Source: a virus
Reading direction: 5' to 3' (one strand)
Virus record (IMG/VR): IMGVR_UViG_3300010413_000055
Location: 1-48,442 of that record
DNA length: 48,442 bases
The notes under the pieces are model-generated. The model was not told where the DNA came from. It was given only the letters and a program-made list of their open reading frames with translations, and did no database searches. This document shows positions 33,667 to 42,929 of this stretch, one piece after another. Every line of letters starts with the position of its first letter. Position 1 is the first letter of the stretch. The translations under genes were made by a program, and so were the position numbers.

Positions 33667-35425
33667 CGTTACCTTGACCCATAGAACCCATAGGACTCAT
33701 TGGTTGCGCAGGAGTGTTTGGCTGTCCTCTTCCCTGTACACTCGCACCAGGCTGTCCGGGTGCCTGCCCCATAGTAGCCATAGGATTATTCGGGTCTATC
33801 ATGGCAGGCATGCCTTCATTAGCCAAGGCTTGATGTATCGCAGGTAAGACGTGCTGCATCACCATCTGTAGGAATACCGGATTATACAGTACAGCTTCCA
33901 CCATATCACGTTTCTCCATAGAGTCTGCATCCATATCCCCACGTCTGTCTCTAGCCCACCGTTTATTACCCAGCCCTATCTCTAATGCTCTGTAATCGTC
34001 TTCATGCCGTCTATATTCGTCTTCCTCTGATATAGGTGCGAATTCCACAGAGATGTTAAAAGGTTCTCTGAGTTTTTCCTTTTTAATCATCACATCGAAT
34101 TCATCCTCTGGGGTACGTGACCATACCTCAAAATCACCTGGTATCTTATTCTTGACTAACATGGCACACTTGGTTAAAATCTGTGCCCACCCATTCTGAA
34201 ACGCAGGTGCAGCATATTCATAGATAGCCGAAGCCTCTGCTGTAATCAATCGTCTGTCGGCACCACTGCGTACACCCTGCTCCGCAAGTCCCCTCGCACT
34301 CCTTGGAGCAGCATGAGCAGAGATATAATCATGTGTAGTTGCTAACTGTCTCCATGAAGATTCCGGTGTTACCTTGTTTTCCCATTCATGTATTACAACA
34401 CCCTCCGGCATTTGTTCGTATTCACCATATTTGAAAGACCAATCAGGAATAGCAACACGATTTGGATTTTCTATCCAACCACCCTTCATAGTTTCTTTTT
34501 TCATAAGGATATCGTTTAGAGTGTAATTCGTAGACTCTGAAACAAGCAAATCCTTAATCTTCCTGATAAGACCAACATATCTATTCTCGGGTGTATTGTC
34601 TTTGTCTACATATCCAAGACCCGATTCTATTAGAGTATACGGGTTGAATCCGTAACCATGTTCTATCACACCAAGAACCATCTCATCATCCACGAATTCG
34701 GCACGATACCTGTCAGTCCAGTAAGAGAATGTCTCTACTTCCTCACTCGGGTCGATTTCTCTTTTCGGTTTGAATTTCGGCCATATCCTCTTAACATCGT
34801 AGAGTTTTCTCTTATGCCACTCGATAACGTAGTAATCACCACCGGTATAGGGATCGGGCATTATATGATATGGGTTCACTGCCTGTATTGCTATGGGTAG
34901 GGACAGGTGCTGACCTGAACGCCACTCATCCAACCGCCCTGCGTAATCGCTTTCGCTTTCACCGTCTTTTTGTTCCGGCTTATCTACCCACCTGTCCACA
35001 TCCCATATCGTCTTAAAGACAGCCAATCCATGTAACCAGTAATGTTTAGCCCCCAAGTGAGAAGGTGCAATCCTTGATTCTACATTGATACCGTGTATGA
35101 CACCACGACCTAACTTCCTGAGCATGGATGCGGCGTCAACATCTACTTTCTTATCACTCTTGGGGACAGTCTTAACTCTTGCGTTGAATATGTTAGTGTG
35201 GTTTACACCCGTATCTACCACATCTCTTGCGGTAGGCAGGATTACGATATCTTTCTTGAATTGATTTGGTACGTTGAGTTTGTCTTTGAAGTTAAGTTCG
35301 TAGAATGCTTCGTCTTCTTCATACTCTGTCTGTAAAGCACCATACTTTTCCTTGCAGAGTTGGAACTGCTCCATGATAGCTTCTTTATCAGGCTTATCGT
35401 TGCGCTTCGGCATAATTCCTTTCAC
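33635..35425 (-). CDS. Portal protein
   Basis: 596 aa immediately downstream of, and overlapping, the large terminase gene; low-complexity C-terminal tail. Confidence 0.7.
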   Translation of the reverse strand: MKGIMPKRNDKPDKEAIMEQFQLCKEKYGALQTEYEEDEAFYELNFKDKLNVPNQFKKDIVILPTARDVVDTGVNHTNIFNARVKTVPKSDKKVDVDAASMLRKLGRGVIHGINVESRIAPSHLGAKHYWLHGLAVFKTIWDVDRWVDKPEQKDGESESDYAGRLDEWRSGQHLSLPIAIQAVNPYHIMPDPYTGGDYYVIEWHKRKLYDVKRIWPKFKPKREIDPSEEVETFSYWTDRYRAEFVDDEMVLGVIEHGYGFNPYTLIESGLGYVDKDNTPENRYVGLIRKIKDLLVSESTNYTLNDILMKKETMKGGWIENPNRVAIPDWSFKYGEYEQMPEGVVIHEWENKVTPESSWRQLATTHDYISAHAAPRSARGLAEQGVRSGADRRLITAEASAIYEYAAPAFQNGWAQILTKCAMLVKNKIPGDFEVWSRTPEDEFDVMIKKEKLREPFNISVEFAPISEEDEYRRHEDDYRALEIGLGNKRWARDRRGDMDADSMEKRDMVEAVLYNPVFLQMVMQHVLPAIHQALANEGMPAMIDPNNPMATMGQAPGQPGASVQGRGQPNTPAQPMSPMGSMGQGNGGGGNTLYGT

Positions 35426-37019
35426 TCCAATGCCTCAAGACCTCAGGTACGTCTCCCTTACTGAAGTCAAGGGTTTTAACAGGATTCATATTCATTTCTA
35501 CCGCATCCCGCCTCTTCAAGTTCGCTATCCCTACAGCTATTACATAGTCATCGTGTGTACCACTCTGTGCTTCTATTCTACCACCTAATTTATCTTTATC
35601 ATAGTTCCTGATTAAGTTAAAGAAGTGGTCTAAACCTTTTTTGTTGTATATCCTTATAGTAGTATCATTTATCGCAGAAATCAAGTTCCCGAACAAATCC
35701 GCTCTGGAACTTTCATTTGTAGTGAATCCAACTTTTCTTATCTCATTAGTATCATCAAGTCTGCTGAAACTCACTTCACCCCTGTGGCCCAGTTTTCTGT
35801 AACCAAGCTCAACTGCTTTGTGGATGACAGACCTGCCACCACCTGCTGTATTATTTTCTATCCACCACCATGGATTCCTGAAATGTTTTAAAAGATTTAT
35901 CGACATCTCAGCGAAATCATCCGGGTTGTGCGTATTGGTCATCACATCGGCTACTACATCACCGTGGTCATCCATAACGACGGTCACAGAGTAGTCACCA
36001 CCTAAACCCCATCCCACATCTGAAGCAGCAACATATTTACCGCCAAGATGAAAATCCTTATAAATCTTAACAGGTGGTTTGAGTTCCCAACCCTCGTTTA
36101 TATGACCTTTAACATCTTCCAGCATTAATTTTAACACACCGTGGTCGAATACTGCTACACTCTGAGACATAGAGAGTGCTTCCTTGATAGAGTGAGGGTA
36201 GTTCTTAGCCATGTAAAGTTCCGGTGAAAGTTTAGCCAATTCTCTATCAGGGATACTTCTCTTCGTCCTCTCGTACCACTCCTGAGTTCGGTTAGGCACT
36301 ACATCCCATGAGAAAAACAACGGGTAAAATCCATTCTTATCTTCAAGAGCGTCCTGAAACAATGCGGTAGCAAGGTTATCGTTACCAAACGGGTCGGCAG
36401 TGAAGATTGATATAACCTGACCGCCACCGTCGATAGTAGGTTTGGCGTGTGTGTAGTTCTGGTCAGCGTAGTCATGCTTGGCGTGTTCATCCCACACAAG
36501 TATTGAAGCAGTTTCACCGATACCGGCAGAAGGGGTAGACGGGAACGCCTTGATAACACTCTTGGTCATAGGCCATCCTATAGATTCAGTAGAATCTGGG
36601 TCGAGTTTCCACTTATAGAAATTCGGAAGCTGGTCAAATACATTCCTGCATTTCTTTAAAAGAGCCTTGGCTTCATCCTGACCTTGTGAGAATAGAAGTA
36701 TGTTGGCAGCTACATGATTCAAGGCATACCACGTAACGTACACAGCTACGATAGTCGATAGCCCTATCTGGCGAGCCTTGAGGATGGTTATGAGTTTCTC
36801 CCTGAGGAATGTAGCCATCGTTTCCTTGGTATGTTCCCACATCTCGATAGGTACGATACTCTCTGATGGTTCACCAGGTTTGGGAGGGCTGACGATCCTT
36901 ACCCATTTCATGAAGTGCATGAAAGACCTTGCACATAGAGCCCTCTCCTTTAACCAGAGTTGAGTTTCCTCTTCGGTTAATTCCTCTGGTTCTTTATAAG
37001 CACAGTCTTCTATAGTCAA
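35394..37019 (-). CDS. terL: Terminase large subunit
   Basis: Walker A-type KARQIGLST; Walker B ILVWDEHA; C-terminal nuclease-size half; apparent TTG start. Confidence 0.85.
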   Translation of the reverse strand: MTIEDCAYKEPEELTEEETQLWLKERALCARSFMHFMKWVRIVSPPKPGEPSESIVPIEMWEHTKETMATFLREKLITILKARQIGLSTIVAVYVTWYALNHVAANILLFSQGQDEAKALLKKCRNVFDQLPNFYKWKLDPDSTESIGWPMTKSVIKAFPSTPSAGIGETASILVWDEHAKHDYADQNYTHAKPTIDGGGQVISIFTADPFGNDNLATALFQDALEDKNGFYPLFFSWDVVPNRTQEWYERTKRSIPDRELAKLSPELYMAKNYPHSIKEALSMSQSVAVFDHGVLKLMLEDVKGHINEGWELKPPVKIYKDFHLGGKYVAASDVGWGLGGDYSVTVVMDDHGDVVADVMTNTHNPDDFAEMSINLLKHFRNPWWWIENNTAGGGRSVIHKAVELGYRKLGHRGEVSFSRLDDTNEIRKVGFTTNESSRADLFGNLISAINDTTIRIYNKKGLDHFFNLIRNYDKDKLGGRIEAQSGTHDDYVIAVGIANLKRRDAVEMNMNPVKTLDFSKGDVPEVLRHWSERNYAEAQR

Positions 37020-37045
37020 TTACTAATCCCAATATGCGTATTTTT

Positions 37046-37363
37046 TTAAAACCAACAATGTTTTATCCCGGGTAGCTTTATACCAAACTCATTCCTGGTA
37101 TCATATCCACGTCCTTCATTTTCAAAGTATGCGGTATGTTCACCAAGATATCTGCCTAAAGTAACTTCACCGGGTTTACTTAAATAACCAACGTAGGAAA
37201 ATTCCTCATTATATATCTTGGGGAATCCACCTTCATTACGTGATACATATGATTGCGATAAATCCTGGTCTATATATGGGATTAGTCTGTCTATACCTGT
37301 AGTTTTCATATCAACGTAATAATTACCTTTTTCCCTTTCCGTATGCTCAATAAATACCGTCAT
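37046..37363 (-). CDS. Hypothetical 105-aa protein
   Basis: ORF with GGGGGTG RBS. Confidence 0.55.
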   Translation of the reverse strand: MTVFIEHTEREKGNYYVDMKTTGIDRLIPYIDQDLSQSYVSRNEGGFPKIYNEEFSYVGYLSKPGEVTLGRYLGEHTAYFENEGRGYDTRNEFGIKLPGIKHCWF

Positions 37364-37374
37364 TTTACACCCCC

Positions 37375-37572
37375 TTAATTAAACCTCACCATATCAAGCC
37401 ACCTCGAAGCAAGGTAAGAAGTTATATACATCTCAAAGTCACCGCTACCTTCTGAATCCCACATCTCTACAGCCTCATTAACAATCTTCTCGTTAATCTG
37501 CTTCATGTTATCAAATAGAATCAAAGATGCCTGATAATCATCCAGTTTAATCATAAGACTATTATACACCAC
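37375..37572 (-). CDS. Hypothetical 65-aa protein
   Basis: ORF only. Confidence 0.45.
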   Translation of the reverse strand: MVYNSLMIKLDDYQASLILFDNMKQINEKIVNEAVEMWDSEGSGDFEMYITSYLASRWLDMVRFN

Positions 37573-37753
37573 GCAGCCTTCTTACTAAAAGATAAACCAG
37601 ATAAACTACAATCACGAAAGACAATATACTTTCACCGACAGCGATTAATAGATTGGGTTCATATAAAAACCCTCCTGTAGAAAATAAGATGAACGTAAGA
37701 AACCAGCATATCGCACAAGCTAATCCTAAAGTTGTACCTATATACTCTTTCAT
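37562..37753 (-). CDS. 63-aa two-helix membrane protein
   Basis: LGLACAICWFLTFILF and ILSFVIVVYLVYLLV. Confidence 0.5.
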   Translation of the reverse strand: MKEYIGTTLGLACAICWFLTFILFSTGGFLYEPNLLIAVGESILSFVIVVYLVYLLVRRLRGV

Positions 37754-38052
37754 TTCTTCCTCCTCGGTTCATCTTCGAAAGCAGTAAGTAATTCCGCTAC
37801 CTTACTGAAAGGAACTCCACCATGACCAGGAACCCCAACATATAACTCATTGAACATCCACGGCTTTAAACTCTTACATATTGTCCTCAACCTCAACCTC
37901 TTACTTTCTTCAGCTAACATATGGATTATCGGATGAACATCGGGTGTAACATCAGGGTGTAACATTTCCTCTTTCTTTGTTACACCCGTCCGCATCTTCC
38001 GCATCCTTTCCTTCGATTTCTCTTTCGCTGTCTCTTTGTCTTTGTAAGGCAT
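37750..38052 (-). CDS. Basic protein with N-terminal MPYKDKE motif (paralogous N-terminus to 38259..38681)
   Basis: AAGGAGCAAGTG then ATG 38052; TGATG coupling. Confidence 0.55.
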   Translation of the reverse strand: MPYKDKETAKEKSKERMRKMRTGVTKKEEMLHPDVTPDVHPIIHMLAEESKRLRLRTICKSLKPWMFNELYVGVPGHGGVPFSKVAELLTAFEDEPRRKK

Positions 38053-38249
38053 CACTTGCTCCTTATAAGCATAATATCGTCTTTCTTAGCTTTAATCTCA
38101 GCAACTACGGGAAAGTTTAATCTGCACCTGAAACAATAGTAAAGCTCACTAACAGGCTCTGGAATCCTCCACTTTCCTATCTTCTGATACTGGCTCTTCA
38201 CGAACCTCGCCCTCTTTCCGCATTCCGGACAATCTACTCTGTTCCGCAC
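38052..38249 (-). CDS. 65-aa zinc-ribbon protein (CPEC...CFRC)
   Basis: Two CxxC pairs; GAGGAGGAGA RBS. Confidence 0.55.
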   Translation of the reverse strand: MRNRVDCPECGKRARFVKSQYQKIGKWRIPEPVSELYYCFRCRLNFPVVAEIKAKKDDIMLIRSK

Positions 38250-38258
38250 GTCTCCTCC

Positions 38259-38681
38259 TCATAGGTCATATTCCATATTATATTCCTTAGTTTCAAGTAA
38301 TACTAACCGATTTTCCAATAGGACTTCTTGAAAAAAGTGCGAGTCACCTAAACTTTCAAACCCGACAGCTTCTTTTGCTTCTATATATTTATCCTGACTA
38401 ACAGATCTACCGTAATCCCACGGATTTTTCTGTATGGGAACATTGAGGTATTCTGCTATTTTCAACATACCGTTATCGTGATGCTCAGAAGAACGCCTGA
38501 CAGCCTCCAACCACCATAAATGAAACTGCCCTTCATCTATTTTCGTGGTAGATCCCATAAGGAAATCCACATAGTAATCAGAATACGCACCACTCGTAAA
38601 CAAATAATAATATTTCAATCTCACCCTCCTCATATAGTCTCTCATGTATTCTCTATAAACTTCTTTATCTTTATACGGCAT
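38259..38681 (-). CDS. Hypothetical protein with N-terminal MPYKDKE motif
   Basis: GGGAGAAAGTG then ATG 38681. Confidence 0.55.
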   Translation of the reverse strand: MPYKDKEVYREYMRDYMRRVRLKYYYLFTSGAYSDYYVDFLMGSTTKIDEGQFHLWWLEAVRRSSEHHDNGMLKIAEYLNVPIQKNPWDYGRSVSQDKYIEAKEAVGFESLGDSHFFQEVLLENRLVLLETKEYNMEYDL

Positions 38682-38696
38682 CACTTTCTCCCATGA

Positions 38697-38921
38697 CTAC
38701 CACCAGCTAGACCTTTTTTCGTGAAAAACCCTACCACACTTTAGACATTTTTGAATATCATACATTCCTGTTATTTGTTCGCCCCAGAGAAACCCCTCAA
38801 ATTTCTCTTTTTGTACTATCACGGGAACACAATCACCACCTTCCCTACAACCATGATACTCTAAATCGCTCAACTTCTTCACCCCTGCTCTCATTATATC
38901 AGGTTTACTAAGGTTTAACAA
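38697..38921 (-). CDS. Small Cys-rich protein (CLKCGRVF); start uncertain (TTG 38921 or ATG 38894)
   Basis: ORF only. Confidence 0.4.
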   Translation of the reverse strand: MLNLSKPDIMRAGVKKLSDLEYHGCREGGDCVPVIVQKEKFEGFLWGEQITGMYDIQKCLKCGRVFHEKRSSWW

Positions 38922-39115
38922 TACCTAAATTTTATTAAAATATTCTGAGGGTGATTAAGGAATAACGTTAACCACATCCCGATGCCAGTCCCACTTCCGA
39001 TCGGGGTTCGCACTATATATCTTATGGTTAGTTATTGAGACTGAACTGATTGACTGATCGTAATAGAATAAGGGTGTAACCAATACCAAAGTACTTGTGG
39101 ATAGATAAGAGGGGC

Positions 39116-39625
39116 TTATTGTGGATTCCAGGGCTTCTCAGGGGTATCTGTGAGCTGATGTCTGGGGTATTGTTCCAGTAGTTCAGTATCAGGATTGGAT
39201 TCGAGTGCTATCTGCTTCAATAGTGCCTGATAGCTTTGGGGATCACCATTTATATTGACATTTATAGATTTATCAGCTACTTTACCATCCAATCGTTCCC
39301 AGATTGAGTTGATTGCGGGGATTTGTCCCCGTGTACCCTTTGTAACGGCTGTTTCGTAGACTGTTTGTGCGAGTATATTTACCCTTTCAGTATCCGATTC
39401 CAAGAAGTTATGTAATGCCTGAGTGAGAGACAAACGTCTGCCGTGGTAGTTATTCTTATCGAACTTACCTGTATCATCTCTGCCTGAGTTGATCATGTTA
39501 CCTAGGCGTTCTACATCTTCTCTGATGGTCATACAATAGATATACCATACTTCCAGCACCGAAGGCAAATCAGCATTCAATCGCTCACCCAGACCATGAA
39601 TCCTGCTATAAAAACATTTCGGCAT
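39116..39625 (-). CDS. Hypothetical protein, first gene of the late block (small-terminase candidate by position only)
   Basis: ORF; no clear RBS at either ATG (39625 or 39532). Confidence 0.4.
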   Translation of the reverse strand: MPKCFYSRIHGLGERLNADLPSVLEVWYIYCMTIREDVERLGNMINSGRDDTGKFDKNNYHGRRLSLTQALHNFLESDTERVNILAQTVYETAVTKGTRGQIPAINSIWERLDGKVADKSINVNINGDPQSYQALLKQIALESNPDTELLEQYPRHQLTDTPEKPWNPQ

Positions 39626-39646
39626 TTAGGAGTTATCCGATGAAAA

Positions 39647-39662
39647 TACGCTGATCAGCGTA
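39647..39662. promoter_or_regulatory. Perfect 16-bp palindrome TACGCTGATCAGCGTA in a divergent intergenic region (operator candidate)
   Basis: Read directly. Confidence 0.35.
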
Positions 39663-39704
39663 AAAATAATTAATACCCAAGTGTAACTATTTTATTAACA
39701 GGTA

Positions 39705-39733
39705 TTGACAATTAGTAACAAAGGGTTTAACAT
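39705..39733 (+). promoter_or_regulatory. Sigma70-like promoter for the plus-strand mini-gene block
   Basis: TTGACA - 17 nt - TAACAT, about 30 nt upstream of the first RBS. Confidence 0.5.
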
Positions 39734-39762
39734 AGTGGTAAATAAACACTGGAGGATATGAA

Positions 39763-39933
39763 ATGATATCAGTCAAACACACAACTAGATTAAACGGACT
39801 TGGTAAACCTGTTAAAGGCTGGTATGTTACGGATTACGGTATACCATTAGGGCCACCTCACAAGAATAAAAGCGAAGCGATAAAGTCAAGTAATATGTAC
39901 GCAAGGGATAAAGCACAATGCATAAAGGTATAG
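39763..39933 (+). CDS. 56-aa hypothetical protein
   Basis: GGAGG RBS 7 nt upstream; under 60 aa so absent from the track. Confidence 0.5.
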   Translation: MISVKHTTRLNGLGKPVKGWYVTDYGIPLGPPHKNKSEAIKSSNMYARDKAQCIKV

Positions 39934-40100
39934 AAAAGATAAACGGGATATATGTCAACTGGGATAAATCAAAGGTTATAAAACACGGGCCAGCCAGAGG
40001 TAAACACTACGCAACATACTATGATCGTGAATGTACAAAGTTTCACTTCTGGCTAAAACGACAAGAGGTATTAAGTAGTAAATACATAAAGGAGTTATGA
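39918..40100 (+). CDS. 60-aa hypothetical protein
   Basis: Track ORF; overlaps upstream ORF by 16 nt. Confidence 0.5.
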   Translation: MHKGIEKINGIYVNWDKSKVIKHGPARGKHYATYYDRECTKFHFWLKRQEVLSSKYIKEL

Positions 40101-40102
40101 AA

Positions 40103-40249
40103 ATGAAAATATCAATCGGCAAACTGAATTATACACGATGCCCTAAGTGTCATAAAAGGCGAATGGTTATCCGTAAAAATTCTAGGCGATGCGATGCTTG
40201 CCACTTCACTATAAATAATGACGGAACTAGAGAATACACAACAAAATAG
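40103..40249 (+). CDS. 48-aa zinc-ribbon mini-protein (CPKC...CDAC)
   Basis: AAGGAG RBS; translated by hand. Confidence 0.55.
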   Translation: MKISIGKLNYTRCPKCHKRRMVIRKNSRRCDACHFTINNDGTREYTTK

Positions 40250-40283
40250 TTAGTTAATCGAATAAAGGGAGGGATTAAAGGAA

Positions 40284-40529
40284 ATGGAGTATCAGATAAT
40301 TGCAGTAACTAAATCAGGCCTTGTCAATCATGCGGGAGTGCATAAACTTGGTAAAATAAGCCATAAGACTATAGTTAAACTTGAGAGAAAATGGCAGGCG
40401 TGGCGAAAAAACTATGTTGACAATCATCCCGGGAATTACCCACTTAAAGAGAATAAGAATATATCATCAAGGGTTATCATCTATCCGGTAGACCGGCCTG
40501 ATAACAAGCGAGTATTTAACCTATCTTAA
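40284..40529 (+). CDS. 81-aa hypothetical protein
   Basis: GGGAGGG RBS. Confidence 0.6.
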   Translation: MEYQIIAVTKSGLVNHAGVHKLGKISHKTIVKLERKWQAWRKNYVDNHPGNYPLKENKNISSRVIIYPVDRPDNKRVFNLS

Positions 40530-40611
40530 CACCTATACAGTACAGGTTACTCTGGTAGCCTGTATTCTATAGACTGTTAAGGTCTAAATTAAATATGGAG
40601 GATTTTATACA

Positions 40612-40734
40612 ATGAAGTGGTATGAATACACAGCCTATTACAAAAACTACTCAGTAGCATTCACAGCGGAAAACATCAAAATCGCCCGGGAGAAACACCC
40701 CGAAGCAAAAGTAGTAAGGTTTAAAGAGTCTTAA
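40612..40734 (+). CDS. 40-aa hypothetical protein
   Basis: GGAGG RBS at 40596-40600. Confidence 0.45.
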   Translation: MKWYEYTAYYKNYSVAFTAENIKIAREKHPEAKVVRFKES

Positions 40735-40756
40735 TAAATAAAGAGGAGTAAATACT

Positions 40757-40918
40757 ATGGTAAGAAAATATGACATAGACGAAACACCTATAAAAATCAA
40801 CCTCAAAGTATCCGATAATTGCCCAAACTGCGGAAGTAAACACTTATTCATATTACACATAGCAGCCTTAAAATGCCGAGCTTGTGGCGGCACGTTTAAC
40901 CGATACGTTAAATCTTAA
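40757..40918 (+). CDS. 53-aa zinc-ribbon mini-protein (CPNC...CRAC)
   Basis: AAGAGGAG RBS; replaces the antisense track ORF 40651..40893. Confidence 0.55.
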   Translation: MVRKYDIDETPIKINLKVSDNCPNCGSKHLFILHIAALKCRACGGTFNRYVKS

Positions 40919-40960
40919 GAGACTATCACTAAATAAAATATTAAGGGGAGTATAGGAATT

Positions 40961-41281
40961 ATGAACACAAAGTTTATGGACACACCACTAGAGAAAACGG
41001 AGGTTAGTTTCAGGAATTACGGTGACTACTCTTCAAGTAATTACGGAGCGCATAGCCTGGAATTCAACATCGGAAACATCAGTTTGTATTTCAGTTATAA
41101 AACCGTGATTGCGTTTCACACTCCGGCCACTGGCTTGAAAGTATGCGAAAATATCTGGGGCAACACTACAGGAAAACATCTTAACTGGATAGACGGAGGA
41201 AATAAAAAGGATCGTTTATCTCATAGCGAGTTTTCCGCACAACTTAATGAAGCATTAGAAAAATACAATCTCAATACTTAA
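40961..41281 (+). CDS. 106-aa hypothetical protein
   Basis: AAGGGGAG RBS. Confidence 0.65.
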   Translation: MNTKFMDTPLEKTEVSFRNYGDYSSSNYGAHSLEFNIGNISLYFSYKTVIAFHTPATGLKVCENIWGNTTGKHLNWIDGGNKKDRLSHSEFSAQLNEALEKYNLNT

Positions 41282-41340
41282 CCATCAATCAATACAGGGG
41301 AAGCACTACATCTTACCTGTATTAGTGGAGGGTTAAAAGA

Positions 41341-41697
41341 ATGAAAGAATTAGAATATTATTTAGCTTACCTACTCTACAAAGCAGATAATCAGGATGAT
41401 TTCTACTGGCGAAGCGCTGCGGTACATTACGCAAGACACGCCGATGCTAAAACATTAATCAGTATCGTGCTTGAATTTGCGATGCCAGAAGTAATCAAAT
41501 GGTTAAATCCATATCTCTATTATCACGCTACACCAGAAGAGATAGAACAAGCAGAAGATCATCAAGAATTTACAAAACTATGTATCGGTAGAATATACGA
41601 CTCCAACGGAACTACGGAATGGACAATCACGGAAGAGGATTCCGGTGACTATTTAGCCGATGCACCCTGGTTCACTAAGGAAGGTTATCAGGATTAA
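41341..41697 (+). CDS. 118-aa hypothetical acidic protein
   Basis: GGAGGG RBS. Confidence 0.65.
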   Translation: MKELEYYLAYLLYKADNQDDFYWRSAAVHYARHADAKTLISIVLEFAMPEVIKWLNPYLYYHATPEEIEQAEDHQEFTKLCIGRIYDSNGTTEWTITEEDSGDYLADAPWFTKEGYQD

Positions 41698-41718
41698 ATA
41701 AAGGAGGATTGAAACACA

Positions 41719-41844
41719 ATGGAATATGAATATCAATGCTTGAATTGCGGATTTATCTATACGGCTACCGAACCAGAACATATTTGTCCACATTGTAACT
41801 TACCAGCTATACAATTCCCGATTAATGAACCTTCGGAGGCTTAA
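41719..41844 (+). CDS. 41-aa rubredoxin-like zinc-ribbon mini-protein (CLNC...CPHC)
   Basis: AAGGAGG RBS. Confidence 0.55.
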   Translation: MEYEYQCLNCGFIYTATEPEHICPHCNLPAIQFPINEPSEA

Positions 41845-41875
41845 ACCTCTAATAAATAAAAGGGGAGAAGGAATA

Positions 41876-42055
41876 ATGGCTGATATTGGTAGTATGTGGA
41901 AAATAGGATACGAACCGTCTTACTGCTGTATATGCGGTGAATTCGCTGGATATAAACCAACTAATTTGAAATTTCCGGTGATATGTAGTTTCTTATGCGC
42001 TGATAAATTCAGCTACTTAAACCCAACATGGCACTCTATAGTCCTGAATAAATAA
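41876..42055 (+). CDS. 59-aa Cys-rich mini-protein (CCICGEF...CSFLC)
   Basis: Start moved to ATG 41876 behind a GGGGAGAAGG RBS. Confidence 0.5.
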   Translation: MADIGSMWKIGYEPSYCCICGEFAGYKPTNLKFPVICSFLCADKFSYLNPTWHSIVLNK

Positions 42056-42086
42056 CCGACTATCATTAAAGGAGGAAAGAATAAGG

Positions 42087-42251
42087 ATGATTTGTCCAAA
42101 TTGTAAGCAAAGGTGGGCTGATTTCCCTGAATCAGATTTCTATGAGGATGATAACGGGGTTCACCCCAAGAACGAAGAAGCGGAAGAACGCAGGGTTAAG
42201 GCTTTTGACAGCAACGAAATAAAATACTGTGGCTGCATGGAGACAGAATAA
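42087..42251 (+). CDS. 54-aa Cys-containing mini-protein (CPNC...CGC)
   Basis: AAAGGAGG RBS. Confidence 0.5.
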   Translation: MICPNCKQRWADFPESDFYEDDNGVHPKNEEAEERRVKAFDSNEIKYCGCMETE

Positions 42252-42583
42252 TGACAGAGTATACAAGATGGACGGATTACTGTGGTGAAAATAACTGGTA
42301 CTTGATGGACGAAAATAATATGCCGTTCGCCAAGATATTAGAACCTGATGCAGAACAACGAACCAAACTCATAGTAACCGCCGTTAATGCGTGTAAATCA
42401 ATCAACCCACAAAAACCGGAACTTGTCGCTAATGAGATCGAGAATATGCACAAAGCCCTTGAACAAATGGCGAGATTCTTTGGTAAATACCCTGAGTTCG
42501 TTCCCAACTGGACAGAATATTCCGAACAGATTAATCACGCTGTCAAAATAACAGTAGATACATTATCCAGAATGGAGGGATAA
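42251..42583 (+). CDS. 110-aa hypothetical protein
   Basis: TAATG coupling. Confidence 0.65.
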   Translation: MTEYTRWTDYCGENNWYLMDENNMPFAKILEPDAEQRTKLIVTAVNACKSINPQKPELVANEIENMHKALEQMARFFGKYPEFVPNWTEYSEQINHAVKITVDTLSRMEG

Positions 42584-42585
42584 GC

Positions 42586-42753
42586 ATGGATGAGCTTTTA
42601 TTGCTGGCAAGCATCACTCTCATCTTGATTGGTATTATCGGGCTAATCTATCTCATGCCAAGAGAGAGAAGCGGAGTAACCAAGATGGTATTCAGTAAAG
42701 TATTCCGTATAGGTAAATACTGGTTCATGTTCGCTATTAATAAGGAGGGATAA
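42586..42753 (+). CDS. 55-aa single-pass membrane mini-protein
   Basis: GGAGGG RBS; LLLLASITLILIGIIGLIYL. Confidence 0.5.
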   Translation: MDELLLLASITLILIGIIGLIYLMPRERSGVTKMVFSKVFRIGKYWFMFAINKEG

Positions 42754-42755
42754 GA

Positions 42756-42929
42756 GTGAGAAATCCATTTAAGAATCCATATAAAGGCACACTGCATCTA
42801 TATTGCGACTGTGGTAATGAGGTAAATATAAAAGTAGATACCCGAAAGCTCGTAACGCTCACTAACGTATGTCCTAAATGTAGTCAACCTAAACTCAGAG
42901 TAAGGAGGAATAACCATGACAGTAGATGA
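42756..42929 (+). CDS. 57-aa zinc-ribbon mini-protein (CDCG...CPKC), GTG start
   Basis: AAGGAGGG RBS 6 nt upstream of the GTG. Confidence 0.45.
   Translation: MRNPFKNPYKGTLHLYCDCGNEVNIKVDTRKLVTLTNVCPKCSQPKLRVRRNNHDSR

Noticed and set aside
39116-39625. Confident small-terminase call
   Set aside because: Only its position at the head of the late block supports it. It is separated from terL by eight small ORFs, and I recognise no TerS motif, so it is kept as hypothetical.
40651-40893. Antisense track ORFs 40651..40893, 42798..42998, 47653..47859 and 43297..43578
   Set aside because: Each lies opposite tightly packed plus-strand mini-genes that have strong GGAGG RBSs and start/stop coupling. 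The antisense ORFs lack an RBS and have hydrophobic, junk-like composition.
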